Assembly (NCBI GenBank): GCA_038824035.1
Contig: JAWBBW010000001.1
Location: forward strand, 1 to 64,000
Origin: Desulfurococcaceae archaeon
GTDB lineage: Archaea > Thermoproteota > Thermoprotei_A > Sulfolobales > Desulfurococcaceae
Length of the DNA: 64,000 nucleotides
Reading direction: 5' to 3'
Part shown: positions 6,647-16,499 of the stretch, in pieces
How the letters are laid out: each line of letters starts with the position of its first letter
How positions within the stretch are numbered: position 1 is the stretch's first letter
Program-made: the position numbers and the translations under genes
Notes under the pieces: generated by a model
Told to the model about the DNA's origin: nothing
The model's input: the letters and a program-made list of their open reading frames with translations, nothing else
Database searches by the model: none

Positions 6647-9295
6647 TTGAGAAAACCTGGTAAAGCAGATACTTTAATAGCTATCCTGGCCATAGTGGCC
6701 ATAATACTTATAATATACAACGTGGCTACACCACCAGTGGTCGAGAAAGTGGTGGAATACGGCCTTGTACGGATGAGTAGTGATAAATTCCTGGTAACCA
6801 TTGATACTGATAAAGGTGGTATAAGGGAGATAATAAACCCCGGTGATAGGTATCAAACAAATTTCGCAGGCAACGAGGGGAATAACAATTTCATCAGGGA
6901 TGGCGTGGCTAAACACCTTGGCGAGATCTGTATTAAGTATAGGCCACAGGGAATGAAAGAATGGCGACGCATATGCCTATCGGAATACCATGCATTGAGA
7001 AAAGGCCTCTCCATAACCGTTGAACCAAACCATGTCGTATTCACATATGATATATCGACAGATCTCGGCGGGAGAAGCGTCAAGGTCCTCGTTGTTAGAA
7101 AAGAGTTCTTAATAGATTCTACAGGCAAGTTCATATGGAGATTTTCAATTAGAAACACGCATAACATCCCCATGGAGATCGGCGAGATCTCTATTCCTTT
7201 ATCCTTTAATTTGCAGTGTGATAGCCAAGAGGCATATGATAACAGGGTGTTAATACATCCATTCATATCAGGCCACTCCTCGTTCATATACTTAACACGG
7301 CCAAATGGTAAGCCACCTTTCCTATTAGTGACACCCGGTGACGATACTTATTTCGAAGCCATAACCGGGATGTGGAGTCTTGGGCATTTATGGCAACCAC
7401 CACCAGTGCTCTACTTATATGCAAAGGCCAATGAAGATTCATGGAAAGAGTGGTTTAATGGGTATAGCTCGCTTTTGTTACAACCTGGCGTTGAAAAACC
7501 ATTTAGAATAGACTTTGATTGGGTCCAAGGATATGAGGAGATCCCAGAGAAACTGTATGAACTGGGAAAAGTTGCTGTTAAGAAAATAATACCCGGCATG
7601 GTTGTCCCACTTGATCTCGAGGCATATATTGTCTTGAAATCGAAGAAGACAATCAACGACATATACATGGATGGCGATGCACAAATAGAGTTGATCAAGA
7701 GAGAAGGGGATCAATATGTATATAAATTGAAATTTAATACAATAGGGGAACATGTCCTCAGGATCAAATATGGGGATAAGGAATGGGTTAATTACCCATT
7801 CTATGCAATAGAGAACATAGAGAGCTTATTTAGGAAAAGGGCAAAGTTCATTATACAATACCAGAGAATTACTGATCCAAATGATATACGCCAATACGCC
7901 TTCTTGATGTGGGATAGCGAAAACAAGACAGTCCTAGACTCTGCACCACCACTACTTGATTTTGGCCCTGGTTGGCCAAGACCGCCGAGATCATGGATGA
8001 ATGGATGCAGCGATGAAATAGGCTTTGCCGAGCCATTAACACTCGCCATTAAAAACCTGTATCATCCTGATGAAGAGGAGATCAAGGCATTGGAGGACTA
8101 TATATGGAAATTCCTATATGGTAAATTACAGGACCCTGAGACATTTGGAGTTAAACGATGGATATGGGATGACCCACCACCCGGGTATTGGCGATCATTT
8201 AATTATCCACATGTTTTCAGTATATATTACTTGATGTACTTGATAGCTAAGAATTACCCAGAGCTAGTTACCCGTAGTCCGACAGAGTACTTAATGCTAG
8301 CCTATAGGACAGCCATGGCTTTTCACAGTGATAGCTTAGTGGGGTCAGCGTGGCGTGTCATAGGGCATATGGGGCAGTGGACACTTCTGAAAATACTAGA
8401 TGCATTGGCGGAAGAGGGTTTCAAGGTTGAATACACGTTCTTAAAGGTCGCTATTACGACAACGGCGAGGTATTTTGTCGCGGTTAGATATCCATATCAA
8501 TCGGAGTTTCCATTTGACACCACTGGATATGAAACCGTGTATTACTACCGTAAATGGATGGGCAGGACTGATCTTGCCAATGACACCGTGGACATACTTC
8601 TAGCCACATTACACCATGTGCCTATATGGTGGTGGTATGGTGCTGATATAAAGGGAGTGGGAGGTTATTACACACCATTGAATGCCAGGCCCCTGTTAGA
8701 TGCTTTTGAGAGCATTAGACCCGATTATCTCCTATTGAGAATAGGATATGCTGGCTTATTGGCATATCTAAGCCAATTACATCCTACAGGCGAGGCCACA
8801 ACTGGGCCTGATTGGTCTCCTGATGGCACTTGGGGACATTATTTCAACTCCAAATGGAGTAATGAATATGGAATTGGCTTATACCCATTAATGGTTGGTT
8901 TAAAATCCTACATAGTACAAGACGAGGACATAGGCCTTGTCTGTTTTGGTTGCAAGGTATCTGAGACGGATAACGTGTACGTTATTCAACCACTTGATGG
9001 AGTGAGAACACGTGTATCAATATTGCCATTAAGGGCTAGTCTCGAGGTAGTGAGAGGCCGTATCAACAAGCTATATATCACCAAGTCGATGGAACAGGTA
9101 TCGCTAGAGATTGAAAGGGCGCATTCAACAGTCAGGAATGTAATGATCAGCATTAAAGGGCTTGGACCAGGCACGTATTCTGTATACGTCAATGGAGTGC
9201 ACGTGGAGAGTGTTTTATGTGAAAAAGAGACATTGAACATCAACATAGATGTATACAGTGATATATCAAATGTGGTGATCACAAAAATTGGTTAA
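6647..9295 (+). CDS. Membrane-anchored DUF5695-like putative glycoside hydrolase
   Basis: N-terminal KPGK plus hydrophobic helix; W/Y-rich; motifs HPFISGHSSFIY.TRPNG, SDE.G, WRSFNYPHV, YPYQSEFPFDTTGYE, P.WWWYG recalled from the DUF5695 family. Confidence 0.65.
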   Translation: MRKPGKADTLIAILAIVAIILIIYNVATPPVVEKVVEYGLVRMSSDKFLVTIDTDKGGIREIINPGDRYQTNFAGNEGNNNFIRDGVAKHLGEICIKYRPQGMKEWRRICLSEYHALRKGLSITVEPNHVVFTYDISTDLGGRSVKVLVVRKEFLIDSTGKFIWRFSIRNTHNIPMEIGEISIPLSFNLQCDSQEAYDNRVLIHPFISGHSSFIYLTRPNGKPPFLLVTPGDDTYFEAITGMWSLGHLWQPPPVLYLYAKANEDSWKEWFNGYSSLLLQPGVEKPFRIDFDWVQGYEEIPEKLYELGKVAVKKIIPGMVVPLDLEAYIVLKSKKTINDIYMDGDAQIELIKREGDQYVYKLKFNTIGEHVLRIKYGDKEWVNYPFYAIENIESLFRKRAKFIIQYQRITDPNDIRQYAFLMWDSENKTVLDSAPPLLDFGPGWPRPPRSWMNGCSDEIGFAEPLTLAIKNLYHPDEEEIKALEDYIWKFLYGKLQDPETFGVKRWIWDDPPPGYWRSFNYPHVFSIYYLMYLIAKNYPELVTRSPTEYLMLAYRTAMAFHSDSLVGSAWRVIGHMGQWTLLKILDALAEEGFKVEYTFLKVAITTTARYFVAVRYPYQSEFPFDTTGYETVYYYRKWMGRTDLANDTVDILLATLHHVPIWWWYGADIKGVGGYYTPLNARPLLDAFESIRPDYLLLRIGYAGLLAYLSQLHPTGEATTGPDWSPDGTWGHYFNSKWSNEYGIGLYPLMVGLKSYIVQDEDIGLVCFGCKVSETDNVYVIQPLDGVRTRVSILPLRASLEVVRGRINKLYITKSMEQVSLEIERAHSTVRNVMISIKGLGPGTYSVYVNGVHVESVLCEKETLNINIDVYSDISNVVITKIG

Positions 9296-10430
9296 TAACG
9301 TTGAGGACATCGGGGTCTTTTAACACATGGCCAGTGGCGATCAACACAACTAGGTCTTTTTTATCAATAACCCCCTCTTCTCTTAGCCTTAAATAACCAG
9401 CGAGCGTTGCTGCACTGGCTGGTTCTACACCTATGCCCTCATATTTCGCGAGCTCTACGAGTGCCTTAGCTATCTCATGATCGCTAGTACTCACGAATAG
9501 CCCATTGGACTCCTTCACAGCTCTCAGTGCTTTTAGCCAATTAATAGGCCTACCTATCTTTATAGCTGTAGCTATTGTATTCGGCTTATCCACTTCGATC
9601 AATTGTTCATCACTGGATCTCCACGTCTTAACCAGAGGTGCCGCCCCCTCTGCTTGGACCCCTATCATTTTCGGCAATTTGTCTGCCAAGCCACGTTCAT
9701 ATAGTTCTTTAAACCCCTTCCAAATGGCCGATATATTGCCGGCATTGCCCACGGGCACAATTACGAAATCCGGTGCCTCGCCTAATTCGTCGATTATTTC
9801 AAATGATATGGTTTTCTGGCCTTCCAGCCTCCACGGATTATAAGAATTCAATGGATACAAGTCTCTATTCCCCTTAGCAAACACCTCTGTAATAGCTTCT
9901 TCTAATGCATTATCGAAAACACCATCGATCTCCCTGATCTCAGCACCATGAAGTATCACTTGCAACATCTTACCCTTAGCCACATTGCCCCTTGGCAATA
10001 TGACTACGCATTTTAAACCAGCCCTCGCGGCATAGGCTGCAGCTGATGCAGCCGTATTACCAGTACTAGCCACGAGCACGCCTTTCACGCCAATGTATTT
10101 AGCGATCGTCACACCAACGGTCATACCCCTGTCTTTGAAACTACCAGTAGGATTAGCCCCTTCGAATTTAAGATAAAGATTATGAGAATCACTAACTCTC
10201 TGTAGATTTATGAGTGGTGTTCCTCCTTCATTCATAGTTATTGGTTTCACGTCCTTATTAAGTGGTAATAATTCTATATATCTCCATACCCCGAATCTCC
10301 TCCTCCTAGCAATTTCCCAGTCTAACACGGCATCACTGGGTATTATCACATCTAGAAGGGAGTTGCATTTATTACAAGTAAAGACCCATGGATTAGCATC
10401 GAATACCTGTCCACATCTAATACATTTCAT
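9279..10430 (-). CDS. thrC: Threonine synthase
   Basis: CxxC..CxxC N-terminus, EGGTPL, NPTGSFKDRG (PLP lysine), ASTGNT, VPVGNAGN, EPASA, ATGH.LKDP. Confidence 0.95.
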   Translation of the reverse strand: MKCIRCGQVFDANPWVFTCNKCNSLLDVIIPSDAVLDWEIARRRRFGVWRYIELLPLNKDVKPITMNEGGTPLINLQRVSDSHNLYLKFEGANPTGSFKDRGMTVGVTIAKYIGVKGVLVASTGNTAASAAAYAARAGLKCVVILPRGNVAKGKMLQVILHGAEIREIDGVFDNALEEAITEVFAKGNRDLYPLNSYNPWRLEGQKTISFEIIDELGEAPDFVIVPVGNAGNISAIWKGFKELYERGLADKLPKMIGVQAEGAAPLVKTWRSSDEQLIEVDKPNTIATAIKIGRPINWLKALRAVKESNGLFVSTSDHEIAKALVELAKYEGIGVEPASAATLAGYLRLREEGVIDKKDLVVLIATGHVLKDPDVLNVINQFL

Positions 10431-10559
10431 CAAGGTATTTGCCTTGAAGATACTCTTACCTAGTCTGTTTCCATAGAGACACCTTATTGTTATACAAGGA
10501 TACCGGGGGTTAAAAAGCAGTGTCTACGTAGTAGGCTGGCATTGCCTATTTCAATTCTT

Positions 10560-10865
10560 TTAATACATCTTAATGGCTTCAACAGCTCTCTCGACAGCTT
10601 CTCTGATATCGGATATGTCTATTCCATAGAATCTTAGTTTACATTGGCTTATGGCGTTAATCACGGCATCTACAACGTTGTTCAACGATGTATTCATGTC
10701 TAGTAAAATCGTTTTCAATCTCTCAAATTCCTCTTCGGGCTCGAGGAAAAAATCCCCTGTGAGTAAGACACCTTTCACAACATCGCCACTTAGCTTGATA
10801 CATATCTTAATCAATTTCCCTCCTGGATGTTTCTTCTCTCCACAATAAATATTCATCCCAGACAC
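10560..10865 (-). CDS. Lipoate-protein ligase C-terminal (LplB-like) subunit
   Basis: K.PGGKLIK, LTGDFFLEPEE motif; overlaps the 3' end of lplA. Confidence 0.8.
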   Translation of the reverse strand: MSGMNIYCGEKKHPGGKLIKICIKLSGDVVKGVLLTGDFFLEPEEEFERLKTILLDMNTSLNNVVDAVINAISQCKLRFYGIDISDIREAVERAVEAIKMY

Positions 10866-11728
10866 CTCTCCATGTCCTTCACGGCCTCCTCTTGTCGTTC
10901 ATCGGGGATAGCTATTTCTATGAATGAATTGATCTCCTCTTTCGACAAAATATCAATGAATTCATCTAAGCAGCCGAGATTCCACTTAGCACTTGAATAC
11001 TTCGTGCGATAAAGCTTGATCGCCGTTTTCAGGAACGGGATATCAATATCAACTCGCTTATAGCTCATCCCAAGTTTCCTAGCTATGTTACTCGCTATTA
11101 GGTTGTATAGTGTATCAATATCCACTTTTTTACCCAATACCTCTCTCAGGGTTGTCACTCTCTTAGTCCTGCTCTTAACGTATTTCTTGTCACTAACCTT
11201 TTCTCCCGAGATCTTTAGAACGCTTTGCAAAATACTAAGATCTGATGAGACCAATAAGGATCCATGTACAAATACCCGGTCATGACGTCTCGACGCCGCC
11301 ATTCCAGATATCTTTAACCCATCAACCTCTATGTCATTTAATGGCCTGTAATAGGCATTTACTCCTAGTTCTCGTAGAGCCGTGGCAACAGATTCTCCAA
11401 CGAGTTTGAAGGCATCTTCGAGCCCGAGTTCATAGCCGGGTAAAGTCAATGCGTAGTTTATATTTCCGAGATCGTGATAAACAGCCCCGCCTCCTGTAAA
11501 TCTCCTAGTTAATTTAATGCCGTGTTGAACTGCTACATGGGCGTTTACCTCTAACACGGAACATTGAAAAGCGCCTATAACCACTGCTTTGTCATTTCTC
11601 CAAAACCTCAGATATGGGGAACGTGCTTCGAGGAAAACAGCTTCTTCGAAAGCTATGTTGAAAAACGGGTTCACGGGCCACTCGGCGATGAAAACCCTTA
11701 GTTCATTATATATCTGGTTTCCCAGCAT
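10853..11728 (-). CDS. lplA: Lipoate-protein ligase A, catalytic subunit
   Basis: RRFTGGGAVYHDLGN, NDI...KISG.A, HGSLL. Confidence 0.9.
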   Translation of the reverse strand: MLGNQIYNELRVFIAEWPVNPFFNIAFEEAVFLEARSPYLRFWRNDKAVVIGAFQCSVLEVNAHVAVQHGIKLTRRFTGGGAVYHDLGNINYALTLPGYELGLEDAFKLVGESVATALRELGVNAYYRPLNDIEVDGLKISGMAASRRHDRVFVHGSLLVSSDLSILQSVLKISGEKVSDKKYVKSRTKRVTTLREVLGKKVDIDTLYNLIASNIARKLGMSYKRVDIDIPFLKTAIKLYRTKYSSAKWNLGCLDEFIDILSKEEINSFIEIAIPDERQEEAVKDMERCLG

Positions 11729-11862
11729 GTCTTTATAATAATCAACTCTGTATTTTATAAACCTAATATCAAGCGTAACTTATCTTTGCCGGTAAATACG
11801 TGTATAAAGCTGTGATCGTAGCGCTTAAAACTCTGTAGGTAATTGAAGATATAGGGGCTGTC

Positions 11863-12435
11863 ATGGGGAAATATCGTATACCCTGTGTAACCATAGCATT
11901 ACTATCTATAACATTGCCATTGGCCATGATAGCGGTGTCAATACTTATGTCTCCGTGGTTTAATATATACAACAATGCGTTGAGCGATCTAGGCCACGCC
12001 GTTAGACGGAGCTCCGCCCCGGTATTCAACCTTGGGTTAGCTACCGGTGGTTTCTTGGTATCAATATTTGCAAGTAAATACCTAGTTATCACCTCTAAAA
12101 CACTGGGCATAGCTGCGTCTATATCTGGTTATTTATTAATGCTAGTTGGGTTATATGACCAGGTATATAATATGCATGGAAAACTACACTATTACGCGTC
12201 AGTTGCGTTTTTCTTAAGCCTTGCCTGTTTACTATTGATCTACGCCGCCGTAATCAAGGATAAGTTGAGAAAAACGTTGGCAATAACATCACTAATAGTA
12301 GCTGTTATCACGTGGTATTTACACCTGGAACTGGGTATACCCAGAGGAGCTGCCATACCCGAGTTGGTGTCAATATTCGCTGTTATACCGTTTTACATGG
12401 ACTTAGTGTTAAGGCAGACCTGTAGAGAGATGTGA
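11863..12435 (+). CDS. DUF998-family membrane protein
   Basis: SPWFN...NALSDLG...FN.GL, about 6 hydrophobic segments, AIPEL. Confidence 0.8.
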   Translation: MGKYRIPCVTIALLSITLPLAMIAVSILMSPWFNIYNNALSDLGHAVRRSSAPVFNLGLATGGFLVSIFASKYLVITSKTLGIAASISGYLLMLVGLYDQVYNMHGKLHYYASVAFFLSLACLLLIYAAVIKDKLRKTLAITSLIVAVITWYLHLELGIPRGAAIPELVSIFAVIPFYMDLVLRQTCREM

Positions 12436-12454
12436 ACACTATGAATATGTATGG

Positions 12455-13165
12455 TTATGGTGATTTTTTATCCATGTTCTCCGCGCATATCTTGCCCAAT
12501 AACTCCCTGAATTGATCTGGCCTGGTGAAACCGATATCGACTATGTTTTTAATGCCATATCCCCTTATGGCTATGTCAAGGGCTTTGAATGGGGGGCACG
12601 AGGTTTTCTCAATGTCGCGGATCCTGTTGATCAAGACGTTTTGCAAGAATTCACCAAATCTCGCGTCAACACTGTCTGCTAAGTGTACAATTAGTCCTTC
12701 TAAGGTCGAGAAAGGCACTAAGCCATGGACCTCTGTAATAGCTCTGATCAATTTATCCGGAGCATTTCTCCTCGATAACTCTGCCACAACGGCGTAGTCA
12801 TGGCTTAGATACCAATCATCCCGTGCTTTATAGCCACCATTCACTTCGTCCACGGCGTATTGATAGTACTTATAGATATCATGGAGTAACGCAACTGCGA
12901 TCACAAGGTCTTCATCTAGTTGTATGCCATAGTGTTCACGATAGATCCTTGATAATTGGAGAGCTATCTTTACGACAGACAAGGTGTGAAGAATTAACCC
13001 ACCTGTGAAGAAGTGGTGTTTCCTGGGAGCAGCTGGCGACGTGTATATGTCGATCAACGGCTTGGCGTTTGTGAATGTTAATACAGGGGTTTTCAATATA
13101 TCTAATACTACGTTCCTAATTTTCTCGTCCCTTATGTTTTCAGCTATTTTGATCAATTCTTCCAT
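12455..13165 (-). CDS. HD-domain phosphohydrolase (YhaM/Cbf1-like HD domain, no OB fold)
   Basis: PAA..KHH...GGL..HT, LLHD.YK, H...VHG, EG.IVHLADS.DA. Confidence 0.8.
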   Translation of the reverse strand: MEELIKIAENIRDEKIRNVVLDILKTPVLTFTNAKPLIDIYTSPAAPRKHHFFTGGLILHTLSVVKIALQLSRIYREHYGIQLDEDLVIAVALLHDIYKYYQYAVDEVNGGYKARDDWYLSHDYAVVAELSRRNAPDKLIRAITEVHGLVPFSTLEGLIVHLADSVDARFGEFLQNVLINRIRDIEKTSCPPFKALDIAIRGYGIKNIVDIGFTRPDQFRELLGKICAENMDKKSP

Positions 13166-13205
13166 CAGCCAACACCCTGTATACATCTCATAGCTGATAA
13201 TTAGC

Positions 13206-13661
13206 TTATTTAAATAAATCCATGATCTCTGGGGAGAGGAATTTGACTAAATCCCTTGTGTTGATTTTATATAGTCTGTTCAAACTACCACCTCCACACA
13301 ATATCTCGTCTTTCTCCAGGATCGCGGGGTCCATGATCACCCTTAACCTCTTCACTTTGCTATCAAGTGGGGTTACAGCCCCTATTTCAACTCCTAAGAC
13401 CTCTTTAACCTCGCTTGGATTAGCCAACGCGATCGACGTGTTGAGCGTTCTCGACGCCTTTTTAAAATCTATTCTCCTATCACCTCTTACTAAGAACACT
13501 ATATATCCTTCTCGCGTTTTCGCCAGGATTGTCTTGACTATGCTTGATGGAGGCTCATTACTCAGGGTTGATGCCTTTTCAACTGTCTCCACAGTGTCGT
13601 TGAATTCCAGTAGTTCTACCCTAAATCCATCTATTTCTATTTCGCATCTTCGTTGCAACAA
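13206..13661 (-). CDS. YbaK/ProX-family aminoacyl-tRNA deacylase
   Basis: TVE.A, IVKTIL, RGD.RID, LA...EV....G..IGAVTP, CGGG. Confidence 0.88.
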   Translation of the reverse strand: MLQRRCEIEIDGFRVELLEFNDTVETVEKASTLSNEPPSSIVKTILAKTREGYIVFLVRGDRRIDFKKASRTLNTSIALANPSEVKEVLGVEIGAVTPLDSKVKRLRVIMDPAILEKDEILCGGGSLNRLYKINTRDLVKFLSPEIMDLFK

Positions 13662-13749
13662 AACACACCGTTCACTGATTTTTATATAGTACGTAATTAT
13701 CAATGTATTTTTATCCTAAAGCATTGTTTTAAGCATAGAGGTGTAGTGG

Positions 13750-14925
13750 ATGGACAAGGTGTTCATAGTAGGAGTTGGTATGACCAGGATTGGTCGATTC
13801 TTCGATAAACATGCAAAGGACTTGTTCTCCGAGGCTTTGTGGAAAGCAATAGAAGATGCTGGATATGTTAAGCCACAGGCAATGGTAATCGGCAACATGA
13901 CTTCTAGTGTATTAATGGGGCAGGATAGTCTAGCGGCATTACTAGTCGATCACGCCGGCTTCCGAGGGATCCCGGCTTTCAAAGTAGAGGCGGCGTGTGG
14001 TAGTGGCGGGGCAGCACTCTATGCTGGTTTTGCCCTGGTTAAATCAGGGATTGTTGACATAGTCGCAGTTGGCGGTGTCGAGAAACTTACAGAGGCCACA
14101 ACAGAGGTTACGACGAGAGCACTGGCCCAGGCGGCTGACGCCGATTTCGAGACATTCTATGGTGTTACATTCACTGGCTTGAACGCCATGATTGCAAGGC
14201 TATATATGAACGTGTTCGGTTACAGTGATGAAGACCTCTCATTATGGCCTCTCAAAATGCATGAATATGCGAGTTACAACCCGTTTGCACAATTACCGAG
14301 AAAGACGAGTTTAGAAGAGATAATGAAAAGCCCCATGATAGCCGAGCCCATAAGGTTATTCCATGCCGCGCCCATAGGTGATGGAGCGGCAGTGGTATTG
14401 TTGGTCAGAGGAGAAGAGAGGGCCAGGGAAATAGCCAGGAACAGTGGGAAAGACGTGTTAGTGGAGTTATCCGGGATAGGACTAGCAACAGACAGCGTGG
14501 ACATAGCGTCTAGGAATAATATACTATCCATGGAGTCCACTACCAGGGCTGCACAAGAGGCGTTGAAACAAGCAGGCATAGGCATAAAAGACATTGATTA
14601 CGCAGAAGTCCACGACGCCTTTCATATAACGGGCTTCATGGCCTTGGAAGACCTTGGATTCGCGCCAAAGGGGATGGCACCCAAGTTGTTCAAAGAAGGG
14701 TGGTTTCAAAAGGGATCTAAGCCCGAGGTCAATTTCAGCGGTGGATTAAAGGCACGCGGTCACCCAGTGGGTGCTACAGGTATATATCAAGTCGTTGAGT
14801 CAACTATGCAATTGCGAGGTGATTTCCCAGGCTATAAGGCCAGTGAACCGGAAATAGCCCTTGTGCACAACATAGGGGGTGTGAGTACAATAGCCTCAGT
14901 GGCTGTATTGAAACGGGTGAAGTAG
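13750..14925 (+). CDS. Acetyl-CoA C-acyltransferase (archaeal SCP2-type thiolase)
   Basis: VEAACGSGG, EVHDAF, GGLKARGHPVGATG, HNIGG. Confidence 0.92.
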   Translation: MDKVFIVGVGMTRIGRFFDKHAKDLFSEALWKAIEDAGYVKPQAMVIGNMTSSVLMGQDSLAALLVDHAGFRGIPAFKVEAACGSGGAALYAGFALVKSGIVDIVAVGGVEKLTEATTEVTTRALAQAADADFETFYGVTFTGLNAMIARLYMNVFGYSDEDLSLWPLKMHEYASYNPFAQLPRKTSLEEIMKSPMIAEPIRLFHAAPIGDGAAVVLLVRGEERAREIARNSGKDVLVELSGIGLATDSVDIASRNNILSMESTTRAAQEALKQAGIGIKDIDYAEVHDAFHITGFMALEDLGFAPKGMAPKLFKEGWFQKGSKPEVNFSGGLKARGHPVGATGIYQVVESTMQLRGDFPGYKASEPEIALVHNIGGVSTIASVAVLKRVK

Positions 14926-16479
14926 TTGAGTAGTCATGAGGAGTTATTGAAGAAACTAAGCGAATATAGGGAGAAATCAATTATAGGCGGTGGCAAAGAC
15001 AAGATAGAGCAACAGGTTAAGAAGGGCAAGTTATGGGTCAGGGATAGGATCAATAGATTACTAGACCCTGATACCTTCGTGGAATTGCGGTGGATGGGGA
15101 TAACAAGATCTACTTATTTCGGCCTGGATAAGATGAAATTCTATGGAGACGGGGTTGTAACGGGGTATGGGAAAATAGATGGTAGATTAGTACATGTATA
15201 TGCACAGGATTTCACAGTGATGGGGGGTAGTATAGGAGAGATGCATGCAGAGAAAATCGTCAGGACAATAGAGATGGCCATTAAAACAGGGACCCCGGTT
15301 ATTGGTCTCTACGACTCCGGTGGTGCTAGGATACAGGAGGGTGTGGCATCACTACATGGTTGTGGAAAATTGTTCTACGCCAATGTGAAGGCAAGCGGAG
15401 TTATACCCCAAATAGCCGTGATTCTCGGGCCATGTGCAGGTGCGGCATCATATAGCCCAGCCCTCATGGATTTCACGATCATGGTTAAGGGTGCATACAT
15501 GTTTATAACAGGCCCCGAGGTGGTCAAAGCGGCCACAGGGGTGGATGTCACATTTGAGCAACTTGGCGGTGCAGATGTTCATGCATCTACAAGTGGTGTC
15601 GCTCACTTTGTAGCGGAGAATGAGGACGAGGCATTCATGCTTGTCAGGAAACTCCTTTCATATCTACCTAGCAATAACATGGAGGATCCTCCATATATAC
15701 CAACCGATGACCCTGTGGATAGGAAACTGGAGGAGCTATATGAAATAGTACCGCTTGATCCCATGAAACCCTTCGATGCGAAAAAAGTCATCTCATTGAT
15801 AGTTGACAATGGGGATTTCCTAGAAGTACATGAACACTATGGCACATCCAGTATAGTGGGTTTTGGCAGAATCGGCGGATACACTGTGGGCATAGTTGCT
15901 AATCAGCCAGCAGTTAATGCTGGCGCAATAGACATAGATGCCAGTAATAAGATAGCGAGATTCGTCAGATTCTGTGATGCATTCAACATACCCATAGTGA
16001 CACTCGTGGATACACCCGGTTTCATGCCCGGAGTTGACCAAGAACATGGAGGCATAATTAAGCATGGAGCAAAGATCCTCTATGCATATGCTGAGGCAAC
16101 GGTGCCTAAGATCACAGTGATCATGAGAAAAGCGTATGGTGGGGCATACATAGCAATGGGCAGTCTATCATTGGAAAGCGATATAAACTACGCATGGCCT
16201 ACGGCTGAGATAGCTGTGATGGGCCCTGAAGGCGCGACCCGTATATTATACAGGAAAGAGCTGGAGAAAGCATCTGATCCCGAGCAGTTCTTCAAAGAGA
16301 AGTTAAAGGAATATAGAGATCTCTTCGCAAATCCATATAGAGCGGCTGAACTAGGCTATATAGACGATGTAATCGACCCGGCACTAACCAGGTTAAAGAT
16401 ATATGAAGCCCTAACTGTGCTGGTCAATAAAAGAGATATGCCAAGTGTCTTCAGAAAACACGGCAATATCCCATTGTGA
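14926..16479 (+). CDS. Acyl-CoA carboxylase/decarboxylase carboxyltransferase subunit (PccB/MmdA-like)
   Basis: GDGVVTGYG, QDFTV.GGS, DSGGARIQEG, GPCAG, RFCDAFNIP, RKAYGGAY, KHGNIPL. Confidence 0.93.
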   Translation: MSSHEELLKKLSEYREKSIIGGGKDKIEQQVKKGKLWVRDRINRLLDPDTFVELRWMGITRSTYFGLDKMKFYGDGVVTGYGKIDGRLVHVYAQDFTVMGGSIGEMHAEKIVRTIEMAIKTGTPVIGLYDSGGARIQEGVASLHGCGKLFYANVKASGVIPQIAVILGPCAGAASYSPALMDFTIMVKGAYMFITGPEVVKAATGVDVTFEQLGGADVHASTSGVAHFVAENEDEAFMLVRKLLSYLPSNNMEDPPYIPTDDPVDRKLEELYEIVPLDPMKPFDAKKVISLIVDNGDFLEVHEHYGTSSIVGFGRIGGYTVGIVANQPAVNAGAIDIDASNKIARFVRFCDAFNIPIVTLVDTPGFMPGVDQEHGGIIKHGAKILYAYAEATVPKITVIMRKAYGGAYIAMGSLSLESDINYAWPTAEIAVMGPEGATRILYRKELEKASDPEQFFKEKLKEYRDLFANPYRAAELGYIDDVIDPALTRLKIYEALTVLVNKRDMPSVFRKHGNIPL

Positions 16480-16499
16480 TGAATTAAAACATTTTTCTA

